Assembly (NCBI GenBank): GCA_026023565.1 | Contig: JAPETS010000005.1 | Span: 372,001-436,000 of the forward strand | From: Cirrosporium novae-zelandiae | Lineage: Eukaryota | DNA length: 64,000 nucleotides | Direction of reading: 5' to 3' | Shown: positions 27,785 to 41,319 of the stretch, piece after piece | Numbering within the stretch: the first letter of the stretch is position 1 | How the letters are laid out: every line of letters starts with the position of its first letter | Position numbers and translations under genes: made by a program | The notes under the pieces: model-generated | Database searches by the model: none | What the model was told of the DNA's origin: nothing | What the model saw: the letters and a program-made list of their open reading frames with translations, nothing else

Positions 27785-29065
27785 TTATTCAACCTTCATT
27801 GGCTTTGGAGCCTCGATAATCATTGTCCCGAAGACAATATCCCACATCTTGCTCGTAACACCAAAACCGTTGTTGTAATCGGCGAAGTGATGTTCAAGGT
27901 GCCATTTCTTCAATTCCTTATACCACGGGGGGAGACTGTCATCTATTAGCTTGTTGCACAACAGAATGTTGACAGGGTATCCTTACGCCTTGTGATGAAG
28001 GAAATAATGTGTAAGATCATACATGATGTACCCGTAGACTGCTCCACAAAAGACCGCAGTTCCTGCGTACCAATTGTACGAAAAGGCGAAATGTGCAAAC
28101 CTGTACCATGGTGTGGCGAGCACCAAGAATAGCGTAGGAGGCATCACTAGACGATACTTATCCATCGGAAGGTAGTGATGAACACCGTGAAGAACGAAAT
28201 GTAGTGTGATTCCGACACGATTGTCTGGAAGATATCTAATGCAAGTTAGATACAGCGTGAATAAATAATACAAGGAAACCAACTTTTCCATATGAAATAA
28301 GAATCTATGCATAAGATATTCTACTAAAGTCCATGCGAATAGTCCAAGTGCCAGGTAAGGAGTAGCCTGTCCAATGGGTAAATGAGAGAAAGCGAGGTAC
28401 GCCCCATAGGTTGTAGGCGGTACCCAGCAAATGGGAACCAACCACCAAGGGGTTTTACTCAAGGGTTCCAAGAAGTTGCCAAATAATGGAGCAGAAGCAC
28501 CTCCTCTGTAATGCCTTGGCCGATGGACCTGCTCTAAATAGAAATCCTTTTTGAAACCGCCGAGCCATACTTGTGGAAATAGTGGACGATCCAAATCCAA
28601 GAAATGGAACTTTTTGTAGTCATTACGGATATCTGTTTCCTTGATCAGATCCTCGGCAGTGGACATGCCAGTTGCAGGATACAATGGCCTATCCTCAGAA
28701 ACAATAGCTTCATTCTGTTCCAATTCTTTCAACCCGGCTTTAGTTGGTGGTAGAGGAAGGATGGAAGCGGGCTGTTGACTGTTCACGGCAGTCTTCAATA
28801 CTTGTTCTGTTGCCACGAATCCAATCAGATGATCATCAAGTATTTCATACGCAGTTTCTGAATGAGTATGCGATATTTCATCCTTTAGGATCTCTGTAAT
28901 ATCCTTCCCCGCATGTTCCAGGATGAGGTCACCGCCACCTGGATGGTCATCGAGAAAGTCGGTAATATCGTAAACTTTGGGACCTACAGTCACATAGCAA
29001 GATTTTGCAGTGTTCTGGCCCTGCACTTCCGCAAGAGTAATAGTTGGAAGAGTTCTGCCAGGCAT
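27785..29065 (-). CDS. SCS7: Sphingolipid fatty acid alpha-hydroxylase with cytochrome b5 domain
   Basis: HPGG b5 motif; His boxes HRFLFH, HGVHH, HYFLHH and HLEHH; two introns. Confidence 0.95.
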
Positions 29066-31013
29066 GGTGATAACCCGGATGATAACTAGTGGAAAACCAA
29101 AGCCTTTAGAGGAAAGGTCCCGATAAGATAATCGCAGGCAATGGGTCCACACTGCTCGATACCAACAATTGAGGGGAGATGGAAGAAAGAATGGAGTTAT
29201 TGGAGTTAATTCTAGACCTGAAATATGTGAGTTGAGTGCTATGTACAAGGGAAAGATGGAAGACGCGTTGCTTCTTGTTTTCAATGGATGATTTCGGGAC
29301 GGATAAGTAATTCCCGGATTTATTTTATGCCATGAAAAGAATCAGATGTAATCAAGGCCAGATCACCTGACTTACCCGTGCTTATTTCAACCCCAAAGTC
29401 CCCTCTTTCTCACAAACCATAAAACTTAGGCAGGCACACATTATCATTTCACCCACCACCATGCATACTCTTAAACTACTGTACAGTACATGCACATATG
29501 AAAAGGTGAAAAAAAAAAAAATTTAAACTCGGTTCCTGAAACGCAGGAGCTTTACTTCAACCCCAGCCAAAAAGCAAAGCCAAAATAATCACTTTCTAGT
29601 TACCTCTCTCTCCCTCCCCCTCGTTTTCTTTAAAAGGAAACGAGCGCCATTTATGTAATTATGCATTCTGTATTTATGACAAGTAACCACAACAAAGAAC
29701 ATTGGGGCATTAAACTCTTAGTGATCTATATATATCTGTCCCAAACTATGTAAATCCCTAAACTATCAAACATTAAAATGTATTCATCCAGCGGTGAGTA
29801 TTAGTTAGAAGGATTTCACCAAAATATCAAACGAGAAAAAAAAAATTCTTCAAAGAAATCAAAGCCAACACAAAAGCTTCAAACCTCAAAAGCTAAAAAA
29901 ATCTTTCCATTTCATCCTTGTGCCTAATTTTTTTTCCTTTTCCTTTTTCCAAGTGCATATAAACCTATCTCCACACCCCTCCCCACATCCCGAACCAGCC
30001 TCGGCCTTAAGTGATCATCATGATCTACGTTACATCAATATCCGCCGTCGCGATATGTTCCTCAAACACCAGATAAGGTACAAGATTCAAACTCTTTTAT
30101 TTTAAAAAAATTGTTTAGCTAAACTAGGGGTCTCATCTTTGAGCTGTTAAGGAAGTAGAGGGATGCGCAGCCGACCAGGCGAGGGAATGAGGATGGGGAG
30201 GGGAGAGGAATAAGTGAGCATTTGGTTTTTGTTCTGGCTTGTGTCTCTACTTGTATATATAGGAAAGGGAAGGGATGATCCTTTATGGCCTATAGTAAAT
30301 CAGTTATATAAATAATTTGTTTTTGTGGTAGTGGTAGTGCGGAGGGTGGGTTCAGCAGGATTGGTAAATATTTCATATCATTTTTTCGCTACTACTGTTA
30401 TATCCTTGTAGTTACATATGGAGGGCTTAATTAATTAATTAGCAGATATAAGCAATGTGGCCTATAATCCTATAACGATAGTAATACAACCAACAAGGTA
30501 CCTAACAGCAGAGTGGGGCGCTATGGAAATAGGAAACCCCAACCCAAGAAATATTTTTTCCTTGAAAAAAAAAAACGGTCTGTCTCATTGTGCTGCGTGT
30601 AAGGGTATATGAGTATATGAGCCTGATGCTATAGAACCAGATGCGAAAGTGCGGCGCAAAAAATCGCGACCATCATAGTCCTTGAGATACATGCAATACA
30701 AAAAAAGACGATGACAATGGTGATTATCCTTGTTATAGTTATCCCCCCACCCCATCCCATCCTATCCTATTCTACCCATTCCTTGTTTCCTTTGCTGTTA
30801 TGATGGCATTCTCCCCAGTCCATTTTCTTTCCAATGCATGCATTCCCTGTTGAATTTCGCTTGTTTCTGTCGATGTTCCATAGATTTCAGGTAGGTATCT
30901 AGGTCTGTGTGTTATGTGATTGATTGGTTGGGCACGAGCTTCCTTCTTTTCTTGTTTCTCCTCGCCTCACTGTGCTTGTGTTGTTACACACATTAACAAG
31001 AATCTTGCATCAC

Positions 31014-32259
31014 CTACCGCTCCCCGACTCTCTCCTTCAAAGCATTCCAAGCCTCCTTCCTATATTTTTCCGCCTCCTCTCTCCTATTTTCGGCCCTGTA
31101 GACACCTCGTCCTACAATGACCACATCAGCACCACCTTCCAGGATCGCTTCTCTAGGTCCCTTGTATTGTTGTCCTAGTCCATCTCCCCTCACACCGTTT
31201 ACCCCTGGCGGAGGTAATAGTACACCAGGAGTAAAAACCAAGAAGTTACTTTGAGGAAGATTATTAAGCGGTGATTGTGCAATGAATCCAATGACAAAAT
31301 CGGGATGTTGGCGAGCGAGCTCGACGCAGGTTGATGTGTATGAGGGGGTCATGAGATTGGAGGCAGAGGACATTTCGGCGAGGAGGAGGAGACCACGATG
31401 GTTGGGAAGTTGGGGAAGGATTTCAAGCGTCAATGGAGGATGTTCGGTTGATGGTGGTGCATGTGTAAGCGCAAGAGGAGAAAGAGGGGGCGGTAGAGCT
31501 GGAGTTATGTGTTGTGAGATTGTGGTTGTGAGACCAATGGAATTTTTACGAGTAGGGTCGTAATCTTGCCCGGGATCTAAAGTATCATCGTCATCATCGC
31601 TAGACTCTTCTGTTTCTGTATTGGATTCAATATCATTTGGTGCATGATGGTTAGTGCTGTCGGGGAGGTCATTGAATTTTGGCCGTGATGAGCGGCGAGG
31701 AGGATTCGTAGCGGATATTTCGGTAGAGACGGAATGATTCATATGGAGGGTGGAGGCATGCGCAGCTTCCTTGAGAGCGGTCACAATGGCTGGTCCAGGA
31801 AAAATATGGGCATTTACAAGGGTAGCCCAGCGGACAATCTGGAGTGGCCCAGAGGTATATTGCTTTTGTACGGTGCCTAGTTCTTACATGAGTATTGCTT
31901 CAACCGACAAGTTTATGAATAATATGGAGGGACTTACTCCCAATGTCACCAAATTTCCGGTCCTCGAAAATAACAAAGCGTTTCCTCTCAGCAATTTCTT
32001 TCAGTGATTTTGCAGTTTTTGGACTCCAATCATCAATAATGTCTGCATGTGTTTTCAGGACGCAGATGCTCTCTCCAACATCTTCGGCCAAACTTAGTAG
32101 TTCAGCTGAGGTATGGACATCGGCAGAGACACAGAGATTGGTCTTCTTCAGGTACATAAGGTGGAGAAGGTAGCAGGTGATGGGATGCGTATGAGGTAGA
32201 CTGGCCCGGACATTAAAGGGCAGGGCAGTGGTCTGCTTGGGCGATGGTTGAGAAGGCAT
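31014..32259 (-). CDS. URA3: Orotidine 5'-phosphate decarboxylase (pyrG/pyr4)
   Basis: NLCVSAD, LKTHAD, FEDRKFGDIG, RGLLLLAEMSS, GDGLGQQY and IVGRG motifs; one intron; long acidic internal insertion. Confidence 0.96.
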
Positions 32260-33709
32260 GATAATGGTGGTGGTGGATGTGGATGGCGGAGTGAGGGAGA
32301 TGCAGAATTGGGGGGAGGAATTCTCGGTCGAGGAGTTGAGAGAGATGGGCGGTCTCGACGTTGAAGTATGGTCAGTCACTATCCAGAGCACAGGTCAGAT
32401 ACAGGTCAAGTCAAATCGGCTCATGAACAGCAGACCACTTTCAGAGTTCTCAGGCAATCTGGACACATGCTTACCTTTCACAGTCATGGGCGAGATGTCA
32501 ATTGCGATAAAGGTTGGAGATGGTAAGGTTCTAGGGATCCCTGGATACTGTTCGTGTCCTTGGGTGTTTTGGGGTACTTTTTTGGGTCTTCTGGGTGATC
32601 TGGTGTTCTTTTTTAATTATGGATTCTTTTTTTTTTAACTTAGGATCGGCTGGTTTCATGCAAGGACTGTTAAGTCGGGTCTGGATCTTTGCACAAAAGC
32701 AGTGCAAGAATAATGATATCTCTTCCTATGTACTTAATTGTACTTAACTGTACTTAATTATACTTAGCCCTAACTGACATGGTTCTGTTGTAGTGTGTTG
32801 TAGTGTGTTGTTTAGGGCAGCCCCAGCTGACTTTTGTCCCACAGCATTTGCCTTTCCTTGGACATCAGAGTCCCAAGGAACATTTTTGCCTTTGCCTTGG
32901 CTTCCACTAAAAAGTAGAATAAGTTTGATTTTGGATTTTTGATTAAAAAAATAAATAAAAATCTTTCTCTGTTGTCCTCTCTTGTCTAACTACTTGCTAA
33001 TGAAAAGCTAAAAAAATACTTAAATGTATTATTATTCAAAGTATTAGACTATTGACATTAATTTCATATTTCTACCTGAGGTAATTTTTGACTAATGATA
33101 CTTACAGTAATATTTCTCCGCCTTCCGGTAGACCTCCCCGAACCCTGTAAATCAAATCGGCGGCCCGTTACCGGCTGTACCGCTGATATGCATATTGAAC
33201 TTCTCCTCCTGCATCCTGCAGCTAATTAACTCCTTAAGGCAGTTATCTACCTTCCATCTTTTTTTTATTTAATTTTTTTTACATTTCTGCAGCATCATTA
33301 TTTTATCGACCTAACCTCGATCTTTTATTGCAAATCCTTACCAATATTGCACTTTGTTCACCGGTTGTACTGTACGTACGTATGCCTTGGGCCACTTTGA
33401 AGATCATCCAAGAAGCCGCGAATTAGAGCCATTACACGTCAACTATAACTATATATTTCTCCAAAGAAACTCGAAACTATAATGTATCCGCAATACAAAA
33501 GCCCCGCTTCTGTGGCACTGTGAGACATTCACCTCCTGTCTATTATCTCATCAACCATTCTCAAAAATTCTCTCATGTCCTGTCTTGTCCCTCAATTATT
33601 AATGCTTTTTGCGTAGTACCGAGTAATCCCAATCAAAAGTCCTCGGCATTGGGGAACGTACCCGCCCCTGGATTTCTCCGGATAACCACCGTTGTTCAAA
33701 ATTCCCTCC

Positions 33710-35782
33710 CTACTTGTCTTTCTCGACGCTATTAATCTCTCGCTCTGCCAACGCCCGTTCTTTTTCTCCCAATTCTCCTGCTCCATACCTGATCACAGCC
33801 CAGTCAGCATCTATCCGTACTCGCTCGCATCGCCCTTTCTCGACTTCACTTACCAGGAAATAACAATGAGTCCCAGCACAGCAGCTGCGCAACTGAATAC
33901 AAGTGCAATTATACCCTTCTTTGTGAATCCTGCAGGCAAGGGAGCTGGAGACGTATTCTCCCCTGTCAGATCTGTAACGTCTTCCGTATTACCAGCAGCA
34001 TTGCCCTTGTACGGCATATTCCCAGCCTTGCATACATCGATGTGATCTTGAGGGATAGTGATTGTTTTCTGTAACTCATCTGGAGCTTCAATCATAGTGG
34101 CGATGAGTCCAGAGGCAACATGCCATTCGATGTGACAATGGAAGAACCAAATGCGTATGATCATGTCAGTAGAAATCGGCAATGGAGCGCAGAACACTTA
34201 TCTGGATTGTCTGCTTTGAATCGAATAACAAAGTTTCCATTAGGCCTGACCATGAGGGTATCTCTTCGCATTGGAATCGAAGGTAGTGTTTCGTTCTGCA
34301 CATAGAATCCAGCGTCGTCATCCGATCGCACGACAGTCTGAAAATTATGACCGTGAAGATGGAAAGGATGCTTGCCGGCATCGTTATTGTTTACTACGAT
34401 CTCGACTACTTGGTCTTTTTGCAACAAAAAAGCATTGGTATTGGAACCATAAACCTCAAGATTGCTAGCAAGGTCCCCGGTAGACAAAGCTGAGTAAAGT
34501 GTCGGTACTTTTGGGCTAACATAAGTAACATCGTTGAAAAAGGCACTTTGTATGGTTAGCCACGTATGATCCTGTAGACGTGTAAGTGGCGTGCATACTA
34601 ATTTATTCCATCACCAAGGTTATCCATCTTGACTTCAAGGTTGAATGAATAGTCGACCTCATCATACAACTCCTGTCGGTCATAAGGGACCAAATTGAAG
34701 TCATCAATAGGATTAAATTCATCCACGTCGGCTGCTGTCGGTAGAGCTTTTGAGTCGTCATAAACCAACCAACCAGTGACGTTAGGGTTCAGGCCACTTG
34801 GAATGGTATCGAATAGGTCCTAGAGAATTAGAGTTAGAAAAGGCTAGAGATCGTGATTGAAAAGATGATACCTCGTCCATGCTCCCAACAATTGCAAAAT
34901 TAGAAGAGGTTTCATTTTTCGTCTTTAGCAAAATGGAGACTCTTTGAGCTGCGGTAAGATAAATCATATCGGCTTCTGTACGTTCGGTCCAAACTCCGTC
35001 AAGTTCTACAATAGTCATAGTATGATTCTCAAACCAGACATATTGACCGGCGAAAGCACCCATGTTGATCATGCGAATTAAGTATGTCTTGCCAGCCTCA
35101 ACTGAAACAGTGAGATTTTGGGTGTCGTTCATCAAGGCAGATTCTGGAACTGGTTCAGCTCCCGTGGGGTTAATGACATTCAGAAAGCTCTTCAGTAGTT
35201 TAGGAATCTGGTCATGGTACCAATCAGAGAAAGTTAAGACGAGCTCCTCATCATATGCATCTGCGTATGGAGAGTCAGGATCGTGAATGATTAAAGGTCC
35301 TCGGAGTCCGTCTGGATATTGGCCAGAAGAGTGTGAATGATACCAGTAAGTGCCAGATTGATTGGCCTGTTACAAAATCAGAAAATCCAAATAATGAGAC
35401 ATTAAACCCTAAGAAGGATATTTCTTACCGTGAAGTTATACGTAAGAGAAGACCCAGGAGGAATATTACATTGAGTAACACCTGGCACACCATCCATGTG
35501 ATTTGTTCCATTCATGAACAAGCCATGGAAATGCAAGCTAGTTGATTCGTTGCCAAGTTGATTATTCGCATTAACGACTATACGGTCTCCCTTTGTGGCA
35601 GTTATCTGAGGGATGGGCCATTGTCCATTGATCCCGATGACTGGGCGTTCGAATGCTCCATCTGGATTCTTGTTCACCCAAGAAATATTGAAATCGTATG
35701 TTCTAGTTGTAGCTTGGACGAGGAGTACAAAAGGGACGAGGAGTAAAGCTCGGATAGGGAAGTTCGACAAAGACAAAGCCAT
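33710..35782 (-). CDS. FET3: Iron-transport multicopper ferroxidase (FetC)
   Basis: Signal peptide; Cu ligands [17 protein letters not shown] and HCHIEWH; C-terminal TM helix; several introns. Confidence 0.95.
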
Positions 35783-35946
35783 GATGAGTCGGGAGTTGAA
35801 CGACTACCTAGGATTGAAAAACAACCTTTTGTGATAGAAGCTTAGTGGCTGAGTATTATACCAACTTGATTAATTTCTCCTGCGACACAGCTTTGTGGTA
35901 TTTTCAGATTGATAAGATGGTGGTGAAGGGGAGATTGAACTGGCGG

Positions 35947-37422
35947 ATCAGATAAGATGTTTGGAATGGTTGCATGCGTCAGTGGAGCAGAAATGTTGCT
36001 TAACCCAATTGCCTGATGGGCGGGAAATGCTTGGCAATTCAAAGTAAAAACCTAGTGATAGTCGCGAGCTTTGCTGTGTCCAGGTAGCTAGTCGACTGCA
36101 TTGCATTTTAATGAGTAAATGGTCAAAGCTGACATGGTAAGGCTTGCTTCATTGATGGTGGGTAGTGAGTATTAGCGTCAAATCAAGCTGAGAAGCGATC
36201 TTTTTTGACACTCACGAGACTCTATCACGAAGGAATGAGAACGAATCAGTAGTGGAAGGATACCACAGTAACCACTACTGTGTATGGAGAAAAGCGATGC
36301 AAAGTTTAAAAGGGACAGAATGGTAGCATCAGTAATCCGTGTTTCTGTGCTGGTGTTGGTAAGGATCATGGATTCATGGCAAATAGAACCTAACGAGGAA
36401 ACACGTTCCCGCCAATTGCTATCATTTACAAGACGTTCATGGAGGCGGCCGAATATAAGCGGGAAAGGGTTCAGGATGGCCCAGAACGGCTCTGAATCAA
36501 GTAAAGGACGGCCGGATTAGATAAGTTGGTTTAGATCTAACTTTGATAGTTCAGTGCCATGTTTTTTCATTGCTAATAAATTAGTTAACCAATTGAAGCC
36601 TTTTTTTTTCTTTTTTTTTTTTGGTGGGTGAAGGACTTCAAGACATGGAAGACCAAAGACCTTGAAGATGTCAAATCGGACCTTTCCTGAAGCGCAATGG
36701 CACGACTGGTCAATTGGACTAAGGATGGCTAAGCGAATGATTAGATCATAAACCCAGGAACCTCGGTTTATCAGATCATAATTACCTACCAACCTACCCA
36801 GTAGTTACTAAAATCCTGTTAGCAGCCAAGATGTCGAAGCAATTGATCCGCTCGACTTATGTGCACCTAAGCGAAGTCAAGAAACGATAAGATTCTTCGC
36901 TTCATGCAAAACCTCTGAAGAACCTAGCGACTCCACATGAGCTCAAGGTAGCTAGAGACACCTGAAAAGCAAAAAAAGAGAAAGAAGAAAGGAAAAAAAA
37001 AGACAAAACCGAAAGGTAACTAGTAGAATTGAAATGATTGGACAAAAAAAGCTCTTGCTGACTGCCTCGTCGCCATGAATTTTAAAACCCGAAATTTTCC
37101 TAGGTGGAATGGCCTGATTCAAGCCATACCAAAGCCGGCCTCGGCCATTGCCAAGGTTTTCTTCCGCTATCCACAGTTTCGTTATCGAGTAATTCTGCCC
37201 GATGGTTGTTTAACTGTCAATGTCAATCGTTGACGAGGGTGTCAAGCTCCCTTGCTTGATTCGCAAACGCTTCTAACCGTCTCCGCTTGGGTTTCTGCTT
37301 GTCCATTTAGGCTGGTCCCATCCAACTCTCCAATTTTATTTGCAAAAAAGGCGGCCTTAGGTCCCTCGTTTGACTCCAACCTTATATCTAATCGATCATC
37401 CCAACCCGTCATCTTATCTGAT
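35947..37422. promoter_or_regulatory. SreA-type ATCWGATAA sites in the FET3/FTR1 bidirectional promoter
   Basis: ATCAGATAA 35947-35955, TTATCAGAT 36768-36776 and TTATCTGAT 37414-37422, plus variants (ATTGATAAG about 35908, ATTAGATAAG about 36516). Confidence 0.75.
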
Positions 37423-37527
37423 CAACCTCCAACTTTTCTACCATATTATCCAAACAATTCCCCAGTGCTTTTATCACAGCACAAGCCTTCAAGGACTAGC
37501 AAAGAGGCTGCCACACTTATCGCCAAG

Positions 37528-38902
37528 ATGGGTAACAACGTCTTCGCTGTGCCAGGTTAGTTATACGCTTCATACCATGAGCCAAAATAATTAATTGCAA
37601 TGTATATAGTCTTTTTCATCTGTCTTCGAGAAACTCTCGAAACAAGTATCATCGTTTCCATCTTGCTTGCTTTCTTGAAACAGGCTCTTGAGCCAGAGAA
37701 GAATAGGGATGTATACAAAAGGCTAGTCAAGCAGGTGGGCTTAGATTTTAACATGTGAATATCGTCTTCGAGTAGGTATTGACTTGTATCTTAGGTCTGG
37801 TGGGGCACAGCTTGCGGTTTGGGCATATGCCTTGTAATAGGCTGTGGAATGATTGGTGCATTTTATGGTCTTGGAAAAGATCATTGGGCTGGCACGGAAG
37901 ATTTATGGGAGGGCATATTTGGCCTCATAGCATCTATCATTATCACATTGATGGGGGCTGCACTGCTTCGTGTCTCAAAGCTGCAAGCAAAATGGCGCGT
38001 CAAACTGGCTGCAGCTTTGGAAACCAAAGACCTAAAGCAAGGTACCGCTCGTACTCGGTTCAGGCGATGGTGTGAGAAATATGCAATGTTTATCCTTCCC
38101 TTCATCACCGTCCTACGAGAAGGTCTGGAAGCCGTTGTTTTCATCGGAGGTGTCAGCTTAGGTCTCCCAGCGACATCGTTCCCGTTACCGGTCGTGACTG
38201 GTCTTGGGGCAGGTTGTCTGATCGGTTATTTCATCTATAAGTATGCCTAGAAATCATTCAGCGTGTCGACAGTGCAATACAATAGCTGACACTTTCATCT
38301 AGAGGAGGAAATTTCGCATCCATCCAGATCTTCTTAATAGTTTCCACTTGCTTCCTTTATTTGGTAGCCGCGGGCCTATTTTCTAAGGCAATCTGGTTCT
38401 TCGAACAAAATCGCGTATGTATTGACGTTACTCCATATCTCCATGAAATGTTGACATGGGAATAGTGGAACCATCTCACTGGCGGAGACGCAGCAGAAAC
38501 GGGCTCCGGTGCTGGGTCATATGACATTCGTAGCAGCGTGTGGCATGTTAACGTAAGTATGCCTGGCTATAGTAGCTTGACGGTATTCTAATACCATTTT
38601 AGTGCTGCAATCCCGAACTAAACGGTGGAGGAGGATGGGGTGTTTTCAATTCTCTCCTTGGATGGCAGAATTCTGCCACTGTTGGTTCCGTTGTCTCTTA
38701 TAATGTGTACTGGATCGTTGTCATTGTTGGCTTCCTCATCATGCGATACAAGGAACGCTCTGGTCATTGGCCTTTTATGAAGTCACCGGTTATGGACGAA
38801 GTTTCCTCGAATCAAAGCCAAGAAACTCACGATGGCGTCATTACAGGAGATAAGGGGGTGGAAGTTGCAGCTTCTAAAGAGGTTCGAAGCATTGAGGGAT
38901 AA
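37528..38902 (+). CDS. FTR1: High-affinity iron permease (FtrA)
   Basis: RETLE and REGLE iron-permease motifs, multiple TM helices, divergent from FET3. Confidence 0.96.
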
Positions 38903-39316
38903 ATGCACCTCAGGGCGATGGATGAGAAGTTGACGTCTCAGTTAACAACAAGCCTAGACTGTTTCACGATCTTGACGAGAGTAGCATAGATTGGCAGTTT
39001 GAAATGGTGAGGCTTGGATAACGAGCTTGGCGTAAATACATACCAAGTTGAAAACATATTGACATGCAAATTGCAAGTAGGATACTTTTCAATGAAACAG
39101 CCAGTTTAAGTATACATATGATTCACAATTAACTGAGAGGAATTGAGCAAATATCTGGTTTGGGTGCCTGGAGTACTCAGAAATATCATCTACAACCCAT
39201 AATATACCTACTCGTAAGCAGATTTACCTTTATGGCGATTGGCTTAACTGACAGTAAGCCCGGAAGATAGCGGAATTTCGGGCTCCTTATCGGCCGAGGG
39301 CAATGGATAAGACAAT

Positions 39317-39689
39317 CTGGCACGCGGATCCCAAATTTTTTTTTTTTTCCTGGAGAGGTTTTCAAACAAAATTATTATTAAAAACTGATTTTGTTTGAAG
39401 ACACGAAAATAAATCTTCTGTTTGAATAATTTCCTAATGTCGTGAATGCATTCAAACATACGATTTACTTTCGGTCTTTGAAAACCTTTTTTGGGGTAAA
39501 ATTATTATAGAACTGCTATATTGTTGCCTTTCCTGTTAATTGTAGTTAAAATTAGAATTAATTTTGAGCATAGAATGTTTTTACGGAATATATAATTAGT
39601 ACTTCTTCGTCTATAAATCTATATATTTTTTTACACCACATCTTTAATCTCCAGCACGTGAAGATCCGAGTTTGGGACCAGCGTGCCAG
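39317..39689. mobile_element. MITE-like AT-rich element with imperfect terminal inverted repeats
   Basis: Left end CTGGCACGCGGATCCCAAA; right end reverse-complemented CTGGCACGCTGGTCCCAAA; both followed about 15 nt inward by CTGGAGA. No clear TSD. Confidence 0.55.
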
Positions 39690-39844
39690 CCAAAGTGAAC
39701 ATAGTTCTAGAATTCGGGCTACCACTTCTACTTCACCTCTACAGTCATGAAAAGGGTTTATTTACTTATAACCATTTATATTTATATTAGAACCTTTACA
39801 ATCTATAATTAAAACTACCTCGTACGGATCCACACAATCATCCT

Positions 39845-41235
39845 ATGTCCTCAAGATGCAGCTGTCAACATGGAAACCGTGCAATCCAAAATCAGAATGA
39901 AGATACAGTCGAGCCCTTTCAGATAACGTCAAAGCCTAACCTGCTTCTGATCCTGGACCTTGGTGAAGGTACCCAGGATGCTGAAGATATCAAACGCCAA
40001 AACCCACAGTTCCTCGTTTCTACGGCCATTTTAGAGAAACATTCCGGATATTTTCGCGCCCTGTTTAGCTTGGACGGATTCAGAGAAGGAACAGAGATAT
40101 CCCGAGCCCTAGCGCAAATAGAGAAGGAATATGGAAATGTCGAGAATGCACCTAGGGAAAAGCTGCCTCGTGTGACTGTCAAGAGACCATATGATGTGCC
40201 TGTAGCTGGAGCTACAGAGAGTATGAAATCTCTACTACGAATTCTCCAAGGGGATATTCTTGCAGACTGGAGCCCATCCACCAGAGGTATGGCAATCATT
40301 TGTGTTCTTGCGGACGCTTTCGATTGTCTGATGCAGCTGCAGGCATTTTCGAAGGCTCGTGTTCTAAAGTATCGTAGCCGTCACCCAAAGTCTGAGGCTA
40401 CTCTCCGACAAGAGATCCTTATTGCCATGCTCACCAAAAATCCTAAAGAATTTGAGAGGTCCTTTGGAGGTAATTTCAATGTTGCTACACATCAGCTAGT
40501 CATACGTGGCTCGCAAAACTGGGAAAGCTCAGATAAGGAGCAGAGTGATGTCAATAAAGAGGCCCCTAGGTGGTGGCATCTTCCAAATGGCTTAGAAGGT
40601 ATTGTTATTACATTCTATTGCGGGTTATTAGTGGGGTATTGATTTTCTCAGAGGAACTTGCTTCTCGACGAATTTATCTCTTGGAAACGATTAAAATAAT
40701 CCAGACTTACTGTCTCGCAAAGTACAGCGCGAAAGAACGTCAGTGCCGACTTGGCTACGAAGATTCACCACAGTGCGACTCATTCCAACTTGGCGAGATG
40801 GTGCGCTTCTTCAACCGAATTGGAACAATCGACTTGACACAAACTACTGACCCTATCATGAATTACACTGGCGACGTCTCGAAATTACTTCGATCATTTA
40901 GCTCCTGTCCCTCATACCAAATATGCTCACATCACAGCCATTGCGGTCTTCGTACCATGCTTATACCCATGCTTGACCGACTTCAAACACTTGTGAATTC
41001 GGGATTTAGTTGCGGTATATGCCTAAGCTGCTGGCAGCATCGCCCTGACGATATTTCTTGGGACAAACCGGCATCTAACAATAGCCTAGACCGCAGAGAG
41101 GGGCACGCACATGCAGAATTCAAGAGTTTCTTTACTGATTCAAAAAGGAAGTATATTCTTGGGGCTACAAGCAGTGAAAGGAATGGACCAGACAGACTAG
41201 ATGGACCGCCTATAAAAACTAAAGGCTCGGTCTAG
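39845..41235 (+). CDS. Hypothetical protein with BTB/POZ-like N-terminus and Cys-rich C-terminus
   Basis: FLVSxxILxxHSGYFRALF (BTB-like); QCRLGYEDSPQCDSFQLGEMVRFF, HSHCG and CLSCW; intron 40599-40651 joins the two ORFs in frame. Confidence 0.78.
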
Positions 41236-41319
41236 TCTATAAGAGTTCGTTTATGAATAAGCTCGGTCTGGTCCATCTACAATAGACGGTCTATTTGATC
41301 TGCTCCGTTCCTTTCACCG
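41172..41319. mobile_element. 148-bp hAT-like MITE with degenerate 8-bp TSD
   Basis: TIRs CAGTGAAAGGAATGGACCAGA and (rev-comp) CGGTGAAAGGAACGGAGCAGA; flanks GCTACAAG (41164-41171) and GCCACAAA (41320-41327); internal inverted TAGATGGACC/GGTCCATCTA. Confidence 0.8.

Noticed and set aside
29066..29284. Open frame upstream of the SCS7 ATG (likewise URA3 32260-32391)
   Set aside because: Only TTG/GTG starts in pyrimidine-rich leaders; homology begins at the downstream ATG.
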